Part shown: positions 10,235-20,386 of the stretch, piece after piece
Layout of the letters: each line of letters starts with the position of its first letter
Numbering within the stretch: position 1 is the first letter of the stretch
Assembly (NCBI RefSeq): GCF_000025125.1
Contig: NC_013771.1
Coordinates: 780,001-812,000, forward strand
Direction of reading: 5' to 3'
DNA from: Candidatus Atelocyanobacterium thalassa isolate ALOHA
Lineage (GTDB): Bacteria > Cyanobacteriota > Cyanobacteriia > Cyanobacteriales > Microcystaceae
Length of the DNA stretch: 32,000 nucleotides
Made by a program: the position numbers and the translations under genes
Notes under the pieces: generated by a model
What the model was told of the DNA's origin: nothing
Databases searched by the model: none
Seen by the model: only the letters and a program-made list of their open reading frames with translations

Positions 10235-11293
10235 ATGACTCAATCAAGATTAATATCAGTTGGAATCGTTGGTGCTTCTGGATATGGAGGAATGCAATTA
10301 GTTAAGCTTTTACAAGAACATCCCTTAGTTGAAATTGTTTACTTAGGTGGAAAAGAAAGCGCTGGAAAATCTTATGCTGAGGTATATCCGCATTTAGGAC
10401 ATAAAATTAACTTGATAATAGAGCCTATTGATATTGATTTAATTATTGCTCGTTGTGAAGTCGTTTTTCTAGGCTTACCTAATGGCTATACTTGTGATAT
10501 TGCCCCAAAATTACTTTCTAAAGGATGTAAAGTTTTTGATTTATCAGCAGATTACCGGTTTAAAAATTTACAAGTTTACAGCTATTGGTACAATAAAAAA
10601 CGCAACGATATAGAAACTGCAAATTCTGCTGTTTATGGGCTGCCAGAACTATATCGTACTGATATTCAATCAACCTCATTAATTGGCTGCCCTGGATGTT
10701 ATCCTACCGCTAGCTTATTAGCTTTATCACCTCTTTTAAAGCAAGGTTTAATACTTCCAGAAACCATTATCATTGATGCAAAATCAGGCACTTCTGGAGG
10801 AGGCAGGCAAGCTAAAATGAACTTATTACTTGCTGAAGCAGAAGGATCACTCGGTACATATAATGTTGTCAGACATCGTCATACACCAGAAATAGAGCAA
10901 ATTTGTTGTGACTTGACAGGTCATGAAGTTAAAATTCAATTTACTCCTTATTTGGTACCTATGGTTAGAGGAATACTTTCAACTGTTTATGCAAGCCTTA
11001 GAGATCCAGGATTAATACGTGATGATTTATTAACTATTTACAATGCTTTTTATCGTTCTTCTCCTTTTATAAAGGTATTACCTAAAGGAGTTTACCCTCA
11101 AACAAAATGGGCTTCTGGAACAAATCTTTGTTACCTTGGACTTGAAACCGATCCACGTACAGGTCGAGTAATTGTTTTTTCTGCAATCGATAATCTTATT
11201 AAAGGACAAGCTGGTCAAGCAATACAATGTCTCAATATTATGATGGGATGGGACGAGACTCTTGGGTTACCTCAATTATGTTTTTATCCGTAG
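10235..11293 (+). CDS. argC: N-acetyl-gamma-glutamyl-phosphate reductase
   Basis: The NAD(P)-binding N-terminus [11 protein letters not shown] and the catalytic cysteine motif [10 protein letters not shown] are present. Length is 352 aa. Confidence 0.93.
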   Translation: MTQSRLISVGIVGASGYGGMQLVKLLQEHPLVEIVYLGGKESAGKSYAEVYPHLGHKINLIIEPIDIDLIIARCEVVFLGLPNGYTCDIAPKLLSKGCKVFDLSADYRFKNLQVYSYWYNKKRNDIETANSAVYGLPELYRTDIQSTSLIGCPGCYPTASLLALSPLLKQGLILPETIIIDAKSGTSGGGRQAKMNLLLAEAEGSLGTYNVVRHRHTPEIEQICCDLTGHEVKIQFTPYLVPMVRGILSTVYASLRDPGLIRDDLLTIYNAFYRSSPFIKVLPKGVYPQTKWASGTNLCYLGLETDPRTGRVIVFSAIDNLIKGQAGQAIQCLNIMMGWDETLGLPQLCFYP

Positions 11294-11429
11294 AAATAAC
11301 TTAAAAACATTTATAGAATTTAATTACATATTTTATTTTAATAACAATATAAGCTGTGTAGTAGAGAAGAATTTAATTTATTATTATTTTATCAGTATTG
11401 TTTATACTAAAAACTATCGTATAAAGAAA

Positions 11430-12818
11430 CTACGGATTTGATTTAGAATGATATTTTTCCCAATCCAAGCCTATAACAATTGTAATATCAGAAGCTAAGT
11501 TTCCAGTACTTTCTACAAGAACTTCACCTATTCCCAAATCTATCCTTAACGCTGCAGCTCCTATGCTATCTCCATTTTGCGCTATTATGCGCGTCTTAGA
11601 AAGATTTTCTGGCCATTGATGACTAATAAAAGTACGTTGGTACCCAGCATTTTTCAAGAAATCAACCACTTGTTGACCTAATTCAGGATTTTTAGTACTG
11701 TTCTGTACTGCTATTCTTAAGCTATTTGGTGCTGCTTCTTTTATACCTAAGTTAGGTACACCATAGTCGAAATATGTTGCAACCATATTTTTAATTTGAT
11801 TATGGTCTGGCAACCAGTAACTCACTTTATGTTTACCATTTCCGTTAAAATTACCAGGAAGCATTAACATCTGTACGTTAGAACGTTGTATCTGAGACGC
11901 AAAACCAGATAAAGCTACTAACTCCTCAACAGTTAAATTAGTATCGATATAAGAATTAATAATTGACAATATTTCAGGTATTCTTAGTAGATTTTTAGGT
12001 TTTAGTGCTTGTTCAACTAAAGCTCTCATGAATATCTGTTGACGTTGAACTCTCCCAATATCACCATAACGATCATAACGGAAACGTAGAAAGGAAACAG
12101 CTTTTTGCCCATCTATATGTTGTTCGCCTTCCTTAATATTAATATAGAGATGTTGACTATGATCAGTGTATTTCATGTTTTTAGGAACATAAATTTTCAC
12201 TCCTCCTAGAGCGTCAATTACTTTTTCAACTCCTTGTATATTGAATCTAACATAACGGTTTATTGGGACTCCACCTAATAAATTACTAATAGTTTCTGCA
12301 GCAAGAGAAGGACCACCATAATAATTAGCTTCATTTATTTTTCTAATTTCATGCTTAATAATTGCTTGAGTATCTCTAGGAATAGATAAGATACTTAACT
12401 TTCTAGTTATAGGATCAAATCTAGCGAGAACAACAGTATCAGATAAGCCTTTAAAAGAGTTGACTAAAGCATGATGTCCTAAGTTTTTTGTTGCTTTCTT
12501 ATCATTTATTTCGGATGTTAAAACTTTCGTACCTAAAATGAGGACATTAACAGGACGACTTAATTTTGGAAGTCGTAAATTGGTATAAGAAATAGTTTCA
12601 TTTTGGCTAAAAGCTTTTTCTTGATTTTCAGTTAAAGAACTTCTTTGCAAAGGCTTTGATGATAAAGAAATAGCTACTAGCACTCCAATAGTAGTTGACA
12701 TGATGCTAACTATTATTAGTCCTAAGCTCATACGTGACCATTTGATATTTTCTCCTTTATTTTCAATAGAAGATTTCTGATTAAATAAATTATTAGGATT
12801 TTTTTTCTTAAATGACAC
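11430..12818 (-). CDS. LytR-CpsA-Psr (LCP) family cell-envelope protein with LytR_C domain
   Basis: A short cytoplasmic N-terminus and one TM helix precede the LCP core (NVLILGTK..., SDTVVLARFDP..., LSIPRDT). A C-terminal LytR_C-like domain follows (RIAVQNSTKNPELGQQVVDFLKNAGY...). The architecture matches cyanobacterial ConR-type proteins. Confidence 0.8.
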   Translation of the reverse strand: MSFKKKNPNNLFNQKSSIENKGENIKWSRMSLGLIIVSIMSTTIGVLVAISLSSKPLQRSSLTENQEKAFSQNETISYTNLRLPKLSRPVNVLILGTKVLTSEINDKKATKNLGHHALVNSFKGLSDTVVLARFDPITRKLSILSIPRDTQAIIKHEIRKINEANYYGGPSLAAETISNLLGGVPINRYVRFNIQGVEKVIDALGGVKIYVPKNMKYTDHSQHLYINIKEGEQHIDGQKAVSFLRFRYDRYGDIGRVQRQQIFMRALVEQALKPKNLLRIPEILSIINSYIDTNLTVEELVALSGFASQIQRSNVQMLMLPGNFNGNGKHKVSYWLPDHNQIKNMVATYFDYGVPNLGIKEAAPNSLRIAVQNSTKNPELGQQVVDFLKNAGYQRTFISHQWPENLSKTRIIAQNGDSIGAAALRIDLGIGEVLVESTGNLASDITIVIGLDWEKYHSKSNP

Positions 12819-13256
12819 AGCTTTCTTTACACCTTAAGTATCTTAAATATATTTTAAAACTTTTTTCTTAACACAATTTCAACTGTTTTTATGAGTCATA
12901 ATAAACTTTCATGACAGTTATTGAAAGAACGAGAAAATAATCAAACTTCGCTTTAATTATTTTTTTTATCTAATTCGATATTCAAAGGTAATTTAACCTT
13001 AACTTAAATAGATTAAAAATGAATGCATAATATGCATAACTGATTCTGATTAAATTAAATATTTCTTTATGTAAATGTCTCTAAGGTATAAATAAAGGGT
13101 AATTAATTTATATCTTAAAACTAATATAAGATACTTTTTAGTCTAATTTAATTTAGCTAAACAAATATAATGATACTACTCTGGAGTATGTGCAATAAAG
13201 ATTATTTTTTTATAATAAGTTTTAATTAAATAGTTAGATAAAACAACATTCATTAT

Positions 13257-13299
13257 TTCAAATAAAACCCTCTAATATCCTTAGAGGGTTTTATTTGAA
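13257..13299 (-). terminator. hairpin terminator downstream of tkt
   Basis: Positions 13257-13275 are the exact reverse complement of 13281-13299, giving a 19-bp stem that includes ccctct/agaggg and a 5-nt loop. On the minus strand the hairpin starts 21 nt after the tkt stop, and its 3' arm is U-rich. Confidence 0.65.
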
Positions 13300-13319
13300 T
13301 AACACAATAGATATGTTAA

Positions 13320-15332
13320 TTATCCTAAAAGCATTTTGGCTTTAGCAATAACATTTTCAATGGTAAAACCAAATTTTTCCATACATACTTTACCAGGAGC
13401 AGAAGCACCAAAAGAATCAATACTAATGGTATCTCCCTCAGTACCTACATACTTTGTCCATCCTAAGCTAATACCTGCTTCTACAGACAATCTCTTTGTT
13501 ACAGCTTTAGGCAGCACAGACTCTTTGTAAGCTGCATTTTGTGCTTCAAATTTTTCCCAACAAGGCATAGAAACCACTCGAACTTTTTTACTCATATTTG
13601 ATAATTGTTCAGCAGCAGATACACACAAACTAACTTCAGAACCTGTTCCCATAAGAATAATATCAGGTTCACCATCGCAATCAAGTATGGTGTATGCTCC
13701 TTTATCAACTCCTTCTATAGAGGTTCCAGCCAAATTAGGTACGTTCTGACGAGTAAGTACTAGTAAAGTTGGTAAATTACTTTGTGCATTTTCAATCGCA
13801 ATCTTATAAGCACCTGAACATTCATTCCCATCAGCAGGCCTTATAACTGTTAGAGTTGGAATTGCGCGTAAAGACATTACAGTTTCTACTGGTTGATGAG
13901 TAGGCCCATCTTCTCCTTGTCCAATAGAATCATGAGTCGTTACCCAAATTACTCCTGCTTGAGATAAAGCAGATAGCCTTATAGAAGCTCTTACGTAATC
14001 AGTAAAAATTAAAAATGTAGCACAATAAGGTATCAAACCAGAGTTATGGAGTGCTATTCCATTACAGATAGCTCCCATAGCATGCTCTCTGACCCCAAAA
14101 TGAACATTACGATTCTCGTACTGTCCCTTCTGGAAATCTCCAGAATTTTTAAGTTCTGTTAAATTAGAATGAGTTAAATCTGCTGATCCTCCTAGTAACT
14201 CAGGTAATACAGGAGAAAGGTAATTCAACATATTAGCAGAATACTTACGAGTAGATAATCCAGCTTCTTCTGGAGTGAAACTTGGAAGTACCTGAGTCCA
14301 ATTTTCAGGAAGTCTACCACTCATATAACGTTCAAATTCAGCAGCTTCTAGAGGATATTTTGCTTTGTAATCATTAAGAGTAAGATTCCATTGTGATTCA
14401 TGATCTACACCTCTATCAATAGATTTGCCCATATGAGTGAGAACATTTTCAGGTATGACGAAAGGTTCATATTCCCAACCTAAATTTTGTCGAGTAAGTG
14501 CAATCTCCTCTGCACCTAAAGCAGCTCCATGAATTCCAGCAGTATTTTGTCTATTAGGAGAACCGTAGCCGATAGTAGTTGTGACCTTTATCATTGTAGG
14601 TTTATCGGTAACTTGCTTGGCTTTTTCAATAGCTTCAGCGATCGCCACTAAATCAGTATTACCATTTTCTACATGTAAAACATGCCATCCATAGGCCTCA
14701 AAACGTTTAGACACATCTTCTGTGAATGCTACATCAGTAGAACCATCAATAGAGATATGATTATCATCATAAAGGGCAATCAATTTCCCCAGTCCCCAAT
14801 GTCCTGCAATAGAGCATGCTTCGCTGGCAACCCCTTCCATGTTACAACCATCACCTAAAATGACATAGGTATAGTGATCAACGATAGTAGCATCAGGCTT
14901 GTTAAACTTAGCTGCTAAATGTGCTTCTGCAAGAGCCAGCCCAACACCATTAGCGATGCCTTGCCCTAAAGGACCAGTAGTTACTTCAATACCATCAGTC
15001 TCAAAATTTTCAGGATGTCCAGGAGTTTTCGAACCCCACTGGCGAAATTCCTTAATATCGTCAATAGTTACACTGTCGTAGCCAGTTAAATAAAGCAAAG
15101 CATAGTGCAACATACTGCCATGTCCAGCAGACAGAATAAAACGGTCACGATTAAACCACTTTGGGTTCTTAGGATTAAACCGCATAAATTTATCCCATAA
15201 AACAAATGCCATTGGAGCTGCGCCCATTGGCAACCCTGGGTGACCTGATTTTGCTTTTTCAACAGCATCAACAGCTAAAAAACGAATAGAGTTAATACAA
15301 AGTTCTTCGAGCGACCGGGTAGCAGCAATCAT
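13320..15332 (-). CDS. tktA: transketolase
   Basis: The N-terminus [36 protein letters not shown] and the TPP-binding motif [10 protein letters not shown] are present. The 670-aa length is typical of cyanobacterial Tkt. Confidence 0.96.
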   Translation of the reverse strand: MIAATRSLEELCINSIRFLAVDAVEKAKSGHPGLPMGAAPMAFVLWDKFMRFNPKNPKWFNRDRFILSAGHGSMLHYALLYLTGYDSVTIDDIKEFRQWGSKTPGHPENFETDGIEVTTGPLGQGIANGVGLALAEAHLAAKFNKPDATIVDHYTYVILGDGCNMEGVASEACSIAGHWGLGKLIALYDDNHISIDGSTDVAFTEDVSKRFEAYGWHVLHVENGNTDLVAIAEAIEKAKQVTDKPTMIKVTTTIGYGSPNRQNTAGIHGAALGAEEIALTRQNLGWEYEPFVIPENVLTHMGKSIDRGVDHESQWNLTLNDYKAKYPLEAAEFERYMSGRLPENWTQVLPSFTPEEAGLSTRKYSANMLNYLSPVLPELLGGSADLTHSNLTELKNSGDFQKGQYENRNVHFGVREHAMGAICNGIALHNSGLIPYCATFLIFTDYVRASIRLSALSQAGVIWVTTHDSIGQGEDGPTHQPVETVMSLRAIPTLTVIRPADGNECSGAYKIAIENAQSNLPTLLVLTRQNVPNLAGTSIEGVDKGAYTILDCDGEPDIILMGTGSEVSLCVSAAEQLSNMSKKVRVVSMPCWEKFEAQNAAYKESVLPKAVTKRLSVEAGISLGWTKYVGTEGDTISIDSFGASAPGKVCMEKFGFTIENVIAKAKMLLG

Positions 15333-16162
15333 AATTTTTTCTAAAATGAACTACAGTAATATAATGATTCAGCATGGAGTAGAAAACTTATCAGTTGTCA
15401 GCTACCCCAGATTTTGTCTTTATCATCCCACTCTAATGTAACGATGGGAAGACGTGGAATCAAAATCTTATTGAAATATTTACATTTTCTTCAGGATCAA
15501 TAGCTTATCTACTATCTAGTCTTTAAGTATTATTAAAATTAAACACTATTTTCTCAACAATTCACATTCCATACATGAGTAATAATTGAAACTTATTGTA
15601 ACTATCTAAACACTTTTATATTTATGTTGTTCTGCATTTACTTTGAAAGAAAAAAGTTAATTGCATACAAGTAAATTATCATACATTGTTTAATTTATCT
15701 AAAGTAGCTAAAATATGATATTCAAAAGTTCTTAGGAATTTTTAAATATCATATTTGATTTCATATTCTTAGACTACATTTAGTCACATATTTATCTCAA
15801 TACACAACTTTAAATTACTTATATTTAATGTATTTCTGTTTTGTTATAGTAATTCATTTTTGATAAGATTAAAGCATCGCATAATAAGCATCATATATCT
15901 CTGCTAATCCTCTCTATGAAACCCTTAGTTCCTTTTTTGAAGGATTTGTAAAATAACCATATTAAAAAGTTTTCGAAATCATTATGGTATAAATTCGAAA
16001 TATAAATATTTATGTAGGGTTGCAAGCAATCTCAAGGTTACGTTAAATTTAATTAGGTTTAGAATTATTTTTTGAGCATACTGTTGATACTAAACACAGC
16101 TTCTTGATACAAACACATATATCGCTAAATCGAGTCTTGATAACAAAGAGAAACCTTAACTT

Positions 16163-18043
16163 ATGAAAATATCTTGGAGAATTCTACTACTCTGGACTTT
16201 ACCTCTTCTAATGGTTTGCTTTTTTCTTTGGCAAGGTCAATTCCTTCCAGCCTCGGAGCAATTAGGAAATAGTGCAGCCAATAAACGTATAACTTACGGG
16301 CGTTTTTTAGAATATCTAGATACTAATCGTGTTGCTGGTGTAGATCTTTATGAAGGCGGACGCACGGCTATTGTAGAAATAGTAAATCCTGAATTAAAAG
16401 ATCAAGTGCAACAATCACGAGTAGACTTGCCAACATACTCTCCTGGCCTAATAGCAAAAATACGTTCATCTCATATAAGAATAGAATCTCATCCAATTAG
16501 CAATGAAGGAGCTATATGGGGGTTTTTAGGAAACTTACTATTTCCTATTTTACTTATCGGATCACTATTTTTTCTTTTTCGTCGTTCCAGTAATTTACCG
16601 GGAGGACCTGGGCAAGCTATGAGCTTTGGTAAATCAAAAGCTCGTTTTCAGATGGAAGCAAAAACTGGCATTATGTTTCATGATGTAGCTGGTATTGATG
16701 AAGCAAAAGAAGAGCTACAAGAGGTCGTAACCTTTCTTAAAGAGCCAGAACGTTTCACTGCTGTAGGAGCAAAGATTCCTAAAGGAGTATTATTAGTTGG
16801 TCCTCCAGGAACTGGTAAAACTCTTTTAGCTAAAGCTATTGCCGGGGAAGCAGGAGTGCCTTTTTTTAGTATCTCTGGTTCTGAATTTGTAGAGATGTTT
16901 GTAGGTGTTGGTGCTTCTCGCGTCCGTGATTTATTTAAAAAAGCCAAAGAAAGTGCTCCTTGCCTAATTTTTATTGACGAGATAGATGCTGTTGGCCGTC
17001 AAAGAGGTGCTGGGATTGGTGGCGGAAACGATGAAAGAGAACAAACTCTTAACCAACTATTAACAGAAATGGATGGTTTTGAAGGGAATACAGGAATAAT
17101 AATTATTGCTGCTACTAATCGTCCAGATGTTTTAGATTCTGCTTTGATGAGACCTGGACGTTTTGATAGACAAGTTATGGTTGATGCACCTGATTTTAAA
17201 GGTAGAGTTGAAATTTTAGAAGTTCATGCTCGTAACAAAAAATTAGCTGATGATGTTTCTCTTAAATCTGTTGCAAGAAGGACTCCTGGCTTTAGCGGAG
17301 CAGATCTTGCTAATCTGTTAAACGAAGCCGCGATACTTACTGCCCGTCGTCGTAAAGAAGCCATAACAACTTTAGAAATAGATGATTCGATTGATCGTAT
17401 TGTCGCCGGTATGGAGGGAACTCCACTAGTTGATAGCAAGAGTAAACGTTTAATTGCTTATCATGAAGTTGGTCACGCAATTGTTGGTACTTTAGTAAAA
17501 GATCACGATCCAGTACAAAAAGTTACTTTAATTCCTCGTGGTCAAGCTCGTGGATTAACTTGGTTTACGCCTAATGAAGAACAAGGACTGATAACCAAGA
17601 CACAATTAATCGCTCGTATAGCAGGTGCTTTAGGAGGACGTGCAGCTGAAGAAGAGGTCTTTGGATATGATGAGGTTACAACTGGCGCCGGAAGCGATTT
17701 GCAGCAAGTTTCTGACGTTGCCCGCCAAATGGTAACTCGTTTTGGAATGAGTGATTTAGGACCTTTATCCTTAGAGAATTCTTCTAGCGAAGTTTTTCTA
17801 GGAGGGGGACTAATGAATCGGGCTGAATATTCTGAAGAAGTTGCCATGAAAATTGATAATCAAGTGCGTACTTTGGCAAAACAAAGTCATGAGATAGCCA
17901 AAAAACTCATCAGAGATAATCGTGAAGTAATTGATCGTCTTGTAGAATTACTCATTGAAAAAGAAACAATCGATGGTGAAGAGTTACGAAAAATTGTAGC
18001 TGAATATACTTACATACCTGAAAAAGAGCAATTTATATCATAG
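16163..18043 (+). CDS. ftsH: ATP-dependent zinc metalloprotease FtsH
   Basis: Two N-terminal TM helices, Walker A GPPGTGKT, Walker B IIFIDEID-type, the SRH region and the zinc motif HEVGHA are present. The N-terminus ([14 protein letters not shown]...FLWQG) and overall sequence look like the Synechocystis slr0228 (FtsH2) type from memory. Confidence 0.96.
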   Translation: MKISWRILLLWTLPLLMVCFFLWQGQFLPASEQLGNSAANKRITYGRFLEYLDTNRVAGVDLYEGGRTAIVEIVNPELKDQVQQSRVDLPTYSPGLIAKIRSSHIRIESHPISNEGAIWGFLGNLLFPILLIGSLFFLFRRSSNLPGGPGQAMSFGKSKARFQMEAKTGIMFHDVAGIDEAKEELQEVVTFLKEPERFTAVGAKIPKGVLLVGPPGTGKTLLAKAIAGEAGVPFFSISGSEFVEMFVGVGASRVRDLFKKAKESAPCLIFIDEIDAVGRQRGAGIGGGNDEREQTLNQLLTEMDGFEGNTGIIIIAATNRPDVLDSALMRPGRFDRQVMVDAPDFKGRVEILEVHARNKKLADDVSLKSVARRTPGFSGADLANLLNEAAILTARRRKEAITTLEIDDSIDRIVAGMEGTPLVDSKSKRLIAYHEVGHAIVGTLVKDHDPVQKVTLIPRGQARGLTWFTPNEEQGLITKTQLIARIAGALGGRAAEEEVFGYDEVTTGAGSDLQQVSDVARQMVTRFGMSDLGPLSLENSSSEVFLGGGLMNRAEYSEEVAMKIDNQVRTLAKQSHEIAKKLIRDNREVIDRLVELLIEKETIDGEELRKIVAEYTYIPEKEQFIS

Positions 18044-18065
18044 TTATAATGTGCTCACCCAATTT

Positions 18066-18089
18066 AGACGCTTAAATGCGTCTTTTTTA
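18066..18089 (+). terminator. rho-independent terminator of ftsH
   Basis: The stem agacgc (18066-18071) pairs with gcgtct (18078-18083) around a 6-nt loop and is followed by T6. It lies 23 nt after the ftsH stop. Confidence 0.7.
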
Positions 18090-18140
18090 TTGATTTTTTA
18101 AATTCAAAATGGAATATATGAACAAAGATAGGTAATATTG

Positions 18141-18668
18141 TTAGAGTGTAGCTAAGCGTTTGCTTAATATCTTAACTCTACGTTTGGCAATTTTATTATT
18201 TAAATCGCTTTTTAAAGTTTGTTCGTATGTTTCAACAGCTTTTTCTATCATTTGCTTTTTCTCATAGGCATTAGCCAAATTATTTAGTGCAATTATGTAT
18301 TGAGGATGAAGTTTAATTGCATTTTTGTAGTTACGAATTGCTAAATCTATCTGTTCTTGAGATAGATAAGAAAAACCTAATGCGTTGTATATTAAAGCCT
18401 GATTTTCTGGCTCTAAATTCTTACCTATTTCAAGACCTTTGTTAAATAAATTAGTTGCTTGAATATATAATTTTTTATTGAGATATAAACTTCCTAATTC
18501 ATAATATTCTTGAGCTGAACCTTTTTCTTTTTGTAGTTTTTTCTGCAATTTGTAGAATTGTTTCTCAGTACGAGTAGTTCTTATGGTTTGTATAGAGACA
18601 AAAAAAACTAACGTTCCTAGGAGCAAAACAACGCCTGACAAGTAAATAGTTGGTAGAAGTTCATTCAT
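18141..18668 (-). CDS. small membrane-anchored TPR-repeat protein, Ycf37-like
   Basis: This 175-aa protein has one N-terminal TM helix (LPTIYLSGVVLLLGTLVFFVSI) followed by about three TPR units (YYELGSLYLNKKLY..., IYNALGFSY..., LNNLANAYEKK...). The size and architecture match the PSI-associated Ycf37 family as I remember it. Confidence 0.6.
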   Translation of the reverse strand: MNELLPTIYLSGVVLLLGTLVFFVSIQTIRTTRTEKQFYKLQKKLQKEKGSAQEYYELGSLYLNKKLYIQATNLFNKGLEIGKNLEPENQALIYNALGFSYLSQEQIDLAIRNYKNAIKLHPQYIIALNNLANAYEKKQMIEKAVETYEQTLKSDLNNKIAKRRVKILSKRLATL

Positions 18669-18669
18669 T

Positions 18670-18701
18670 ATTTTTATACTTAATAATTTTTATACTTAAT
18701 A
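18670..18701. repeat. perfect tandem duplication of a 16-bp unit (atttttatacttaata x2)
   Basis: Positions 18670-18685 and 18686-18701 are identical. The repeat ends 1 nt upstream of the ATG of the minus-strand TPR gene. Confidence 0.9.
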
Positions 18702-18747
18702 TATGACTATTGAATTATAGTGTTTTTCAACTGAAAAGATAACTTTT

Positions 18748-19533
18748 CTAAGGAAGACCCCAATACTTAATTCGTTGATCTAACCAGCCAGATATTTTTA
18801 GACGATAAATTGATTGATTAATAATATTTCGTAGATCAGAGGATTTTAATCCTTTTGGGATTCCAATTCCTAAGCTTTTTGAAGAAAGTCTTAGAGATAG
18901 TGTATGGTATTGCGGATATTCCTGAATCCATCCTGTTAAAATACTATTGTCTGCGGCAAAAGCATCTACTTTTTGGCTTTCCATCAATTTAAAGGCTTCT
19001 TGATAAGAATCAACACCAACTAAGTTTGTTTTCGGAAAGTTGGAACGAATAACAGAGATAGTATCAGAATGATTAATTACTGCTATTGTCGAATTAAATA
19101 AATCCGATGAATCTTTTATTTGATGTTTCTTTGTAATAATTCCTGTACTATCTAGATAATAATAAGAACTAAAATTAATTAAACGAGAACGAAAAGAATC
19201 AATTGTCATTCTTGCAATTACTATATCTACCTCACCATCAATGACTGTTTGTAAACGCTCTTGATTATTTACAAACTTAAAAAGTATTGCATTAGAATCA
19301 CCTAAAATATCTTTAGCTAATTGCTTTGCTAAATCAATTTCTAATCCCTCTAGTTGATTTTTACTATTAAGGAAGCCTAAAGGACGAGTATTATTTTTTA
19401 CAGCAATAATTATTTTTTTTCTTTCTCTAATTTCTTCTAAACTAGCAGAAAGAACAATATTATGATTTAGAACTAATGCAAAACTAACAATAAAAGTTAA
19501 AAATAGTTTATACATTTTTAGAGAATTAAACAT
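18748..19533 (-). CDS. periplasmic solute-binding protein, family 3 (amino-acid-binding type), orphan
   Basis: An N-terminal signal peptide is followed by the SBP_bac_3 pattern (IIIAVKNNTRPLGF...GLEIDLAKQLAKD..., VDIVIARMT, VDAFAADNSIL). No permease or ATPase gene lies adjacent. Confidence 0.7.
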   Translation of the reverse strand: MFNSLKMYKLFLTFIVSFALVLNHNIVLSASLEEIRERKKIIIAVKNNTRPLGFLNSKNQLEGLEIDLAKQLAKDILGDSNAILFKFVNNQERLQTVIDGEVDIVIARMTIDSFRSRLINFSSYYYLDSTGIITKKHQIKDSSDLFNSTIAVINHSDTISVIRSNFPKTNLVGVDSYQEAFKLMESQKVDAFAADNSILTGWIQEYPQYHTLSLRLSSKSLGIGIPKGLKSSDLRNIINQSIYRLKISGWLDQRIKYWGLP

Positions 19534-19813
19534 TAGTATCTTTACTTAAAAGAACAAATTACATTGTAAAAATTGATATTATTTAAAATAATTAATTTTT
19601 TTGATATCAAAAATAACAATGTATTTTTAATAAAGAAAAGTTATTTTTACATAAAAAATAGTATGGTCGATAATAAAAGCAAGATCCAGCATTATATTAA
19701 AAATAATTGTTTGAATCTTGTATATTACGCAAGTAAAAAGGTTTTTATTTGAAGGGTAATTTTTTTACTAAAAAAATCAGTCTAAAATTATAAATTAGAA
19801 AAGATAATGATTT

Positions 19814-20146
19814 TTATCGCTTATTAGTATGATTTTGAAGTTCTGACGTAATTTCCATAGAACTAAATTGTAACCTTTCTAAATCAAATAAAGACATTGA
19901 TTCTATACCAAAAGCAGCAATACCCATACTTACTAAGCCTGTAGCTACAGCACCCATAGCTACAGTACCGAAAGAAATAAGCCCCATGGGAACAATCCCT
20001 ATAGCAATAATTCCCATAGGTGCTATTCCAATGGAAATATAACCAGTAGGACTAATACCAATAGAAATTAATTTATTTTTTTTTGTTCCACATTCTCCCA
20101 TTGATTGAACATCAACGATTTTTTCTGCTCTTAATTTAGACATCAT
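19814..20146 (-). CDS. small hydrophobic protein with a glycine pentad repeat
   Basis: A 110-codon open frame is long for such stop-rich AT DNA. The core (residues 27-86) consists of 5-residue units with Gly at every fifth position. I recognise no family and see no clear SD. Confidence 0.5.
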   Translation of the reverse strand: MMSKLRAEKIVDVQSMGECGTKKNKLISIGISPTGYISIGIAPMGIIAIGIVPMGLISFGTVAMGAVATGLVSMGIAAFGIESMSLFDLERLQFSSMEITSELQNHTNKR

Positions 20147-20386
20147 AAATCTACTATAATAAAAAAATTTATCACGTCATATTCTACTTATAAATATACA
20201 AAGTCGTCAAAAGACACTACATAAAACTTATTGAGCAATATATATTTTTCAGAATTATTATAAATGGTCTTATCCTATAAAAGAGAAGAAAGTTAGAAAT
20301 AATTATCTTGCTAAAAAGTCTATAATTAGAAAAAATAAAATTTTTCTATAATTTAATTGCTATAAGCATTATTAGTAATATTTAAA

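Noticed and set aside
14638-14645. A single HIP1 octamer (GCGATCGC) inside tkt.
   Set aside because: One copy in 32 kb is not an enrichment. It only notes that the HIP1 abundance typical of many cyanobacteria is absent here.
13336-15271. Three short track ORFs inside tkt: 13336-13530 (+), 14899-15081 (+) and 15086-15271 (-).
   Set aside because: Two are antisense and one is an alternative frame on the same strand of a fully conserved transketolase gene. None has independent support.
15711-15756. AT-only inverted repeat (aaatatgatattcaaa / tttaaatatcatattt) with one mismatch and a 14-nt loop, in the tkt/ftsH spacer.
   Set aside because: It has no G:C pairs and one mismatch, and it lies in very low-complexity DNA. 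It is compatible with chance.
16678-17847. Three minus-strand track ORFs (16678-16947, 17224-17439, 17542-17847).
   Set aside because: All are antisense to ftsH. Their A/S/P/R-rich composition is typical of the reverse frame of a relatively GC-richer gene.
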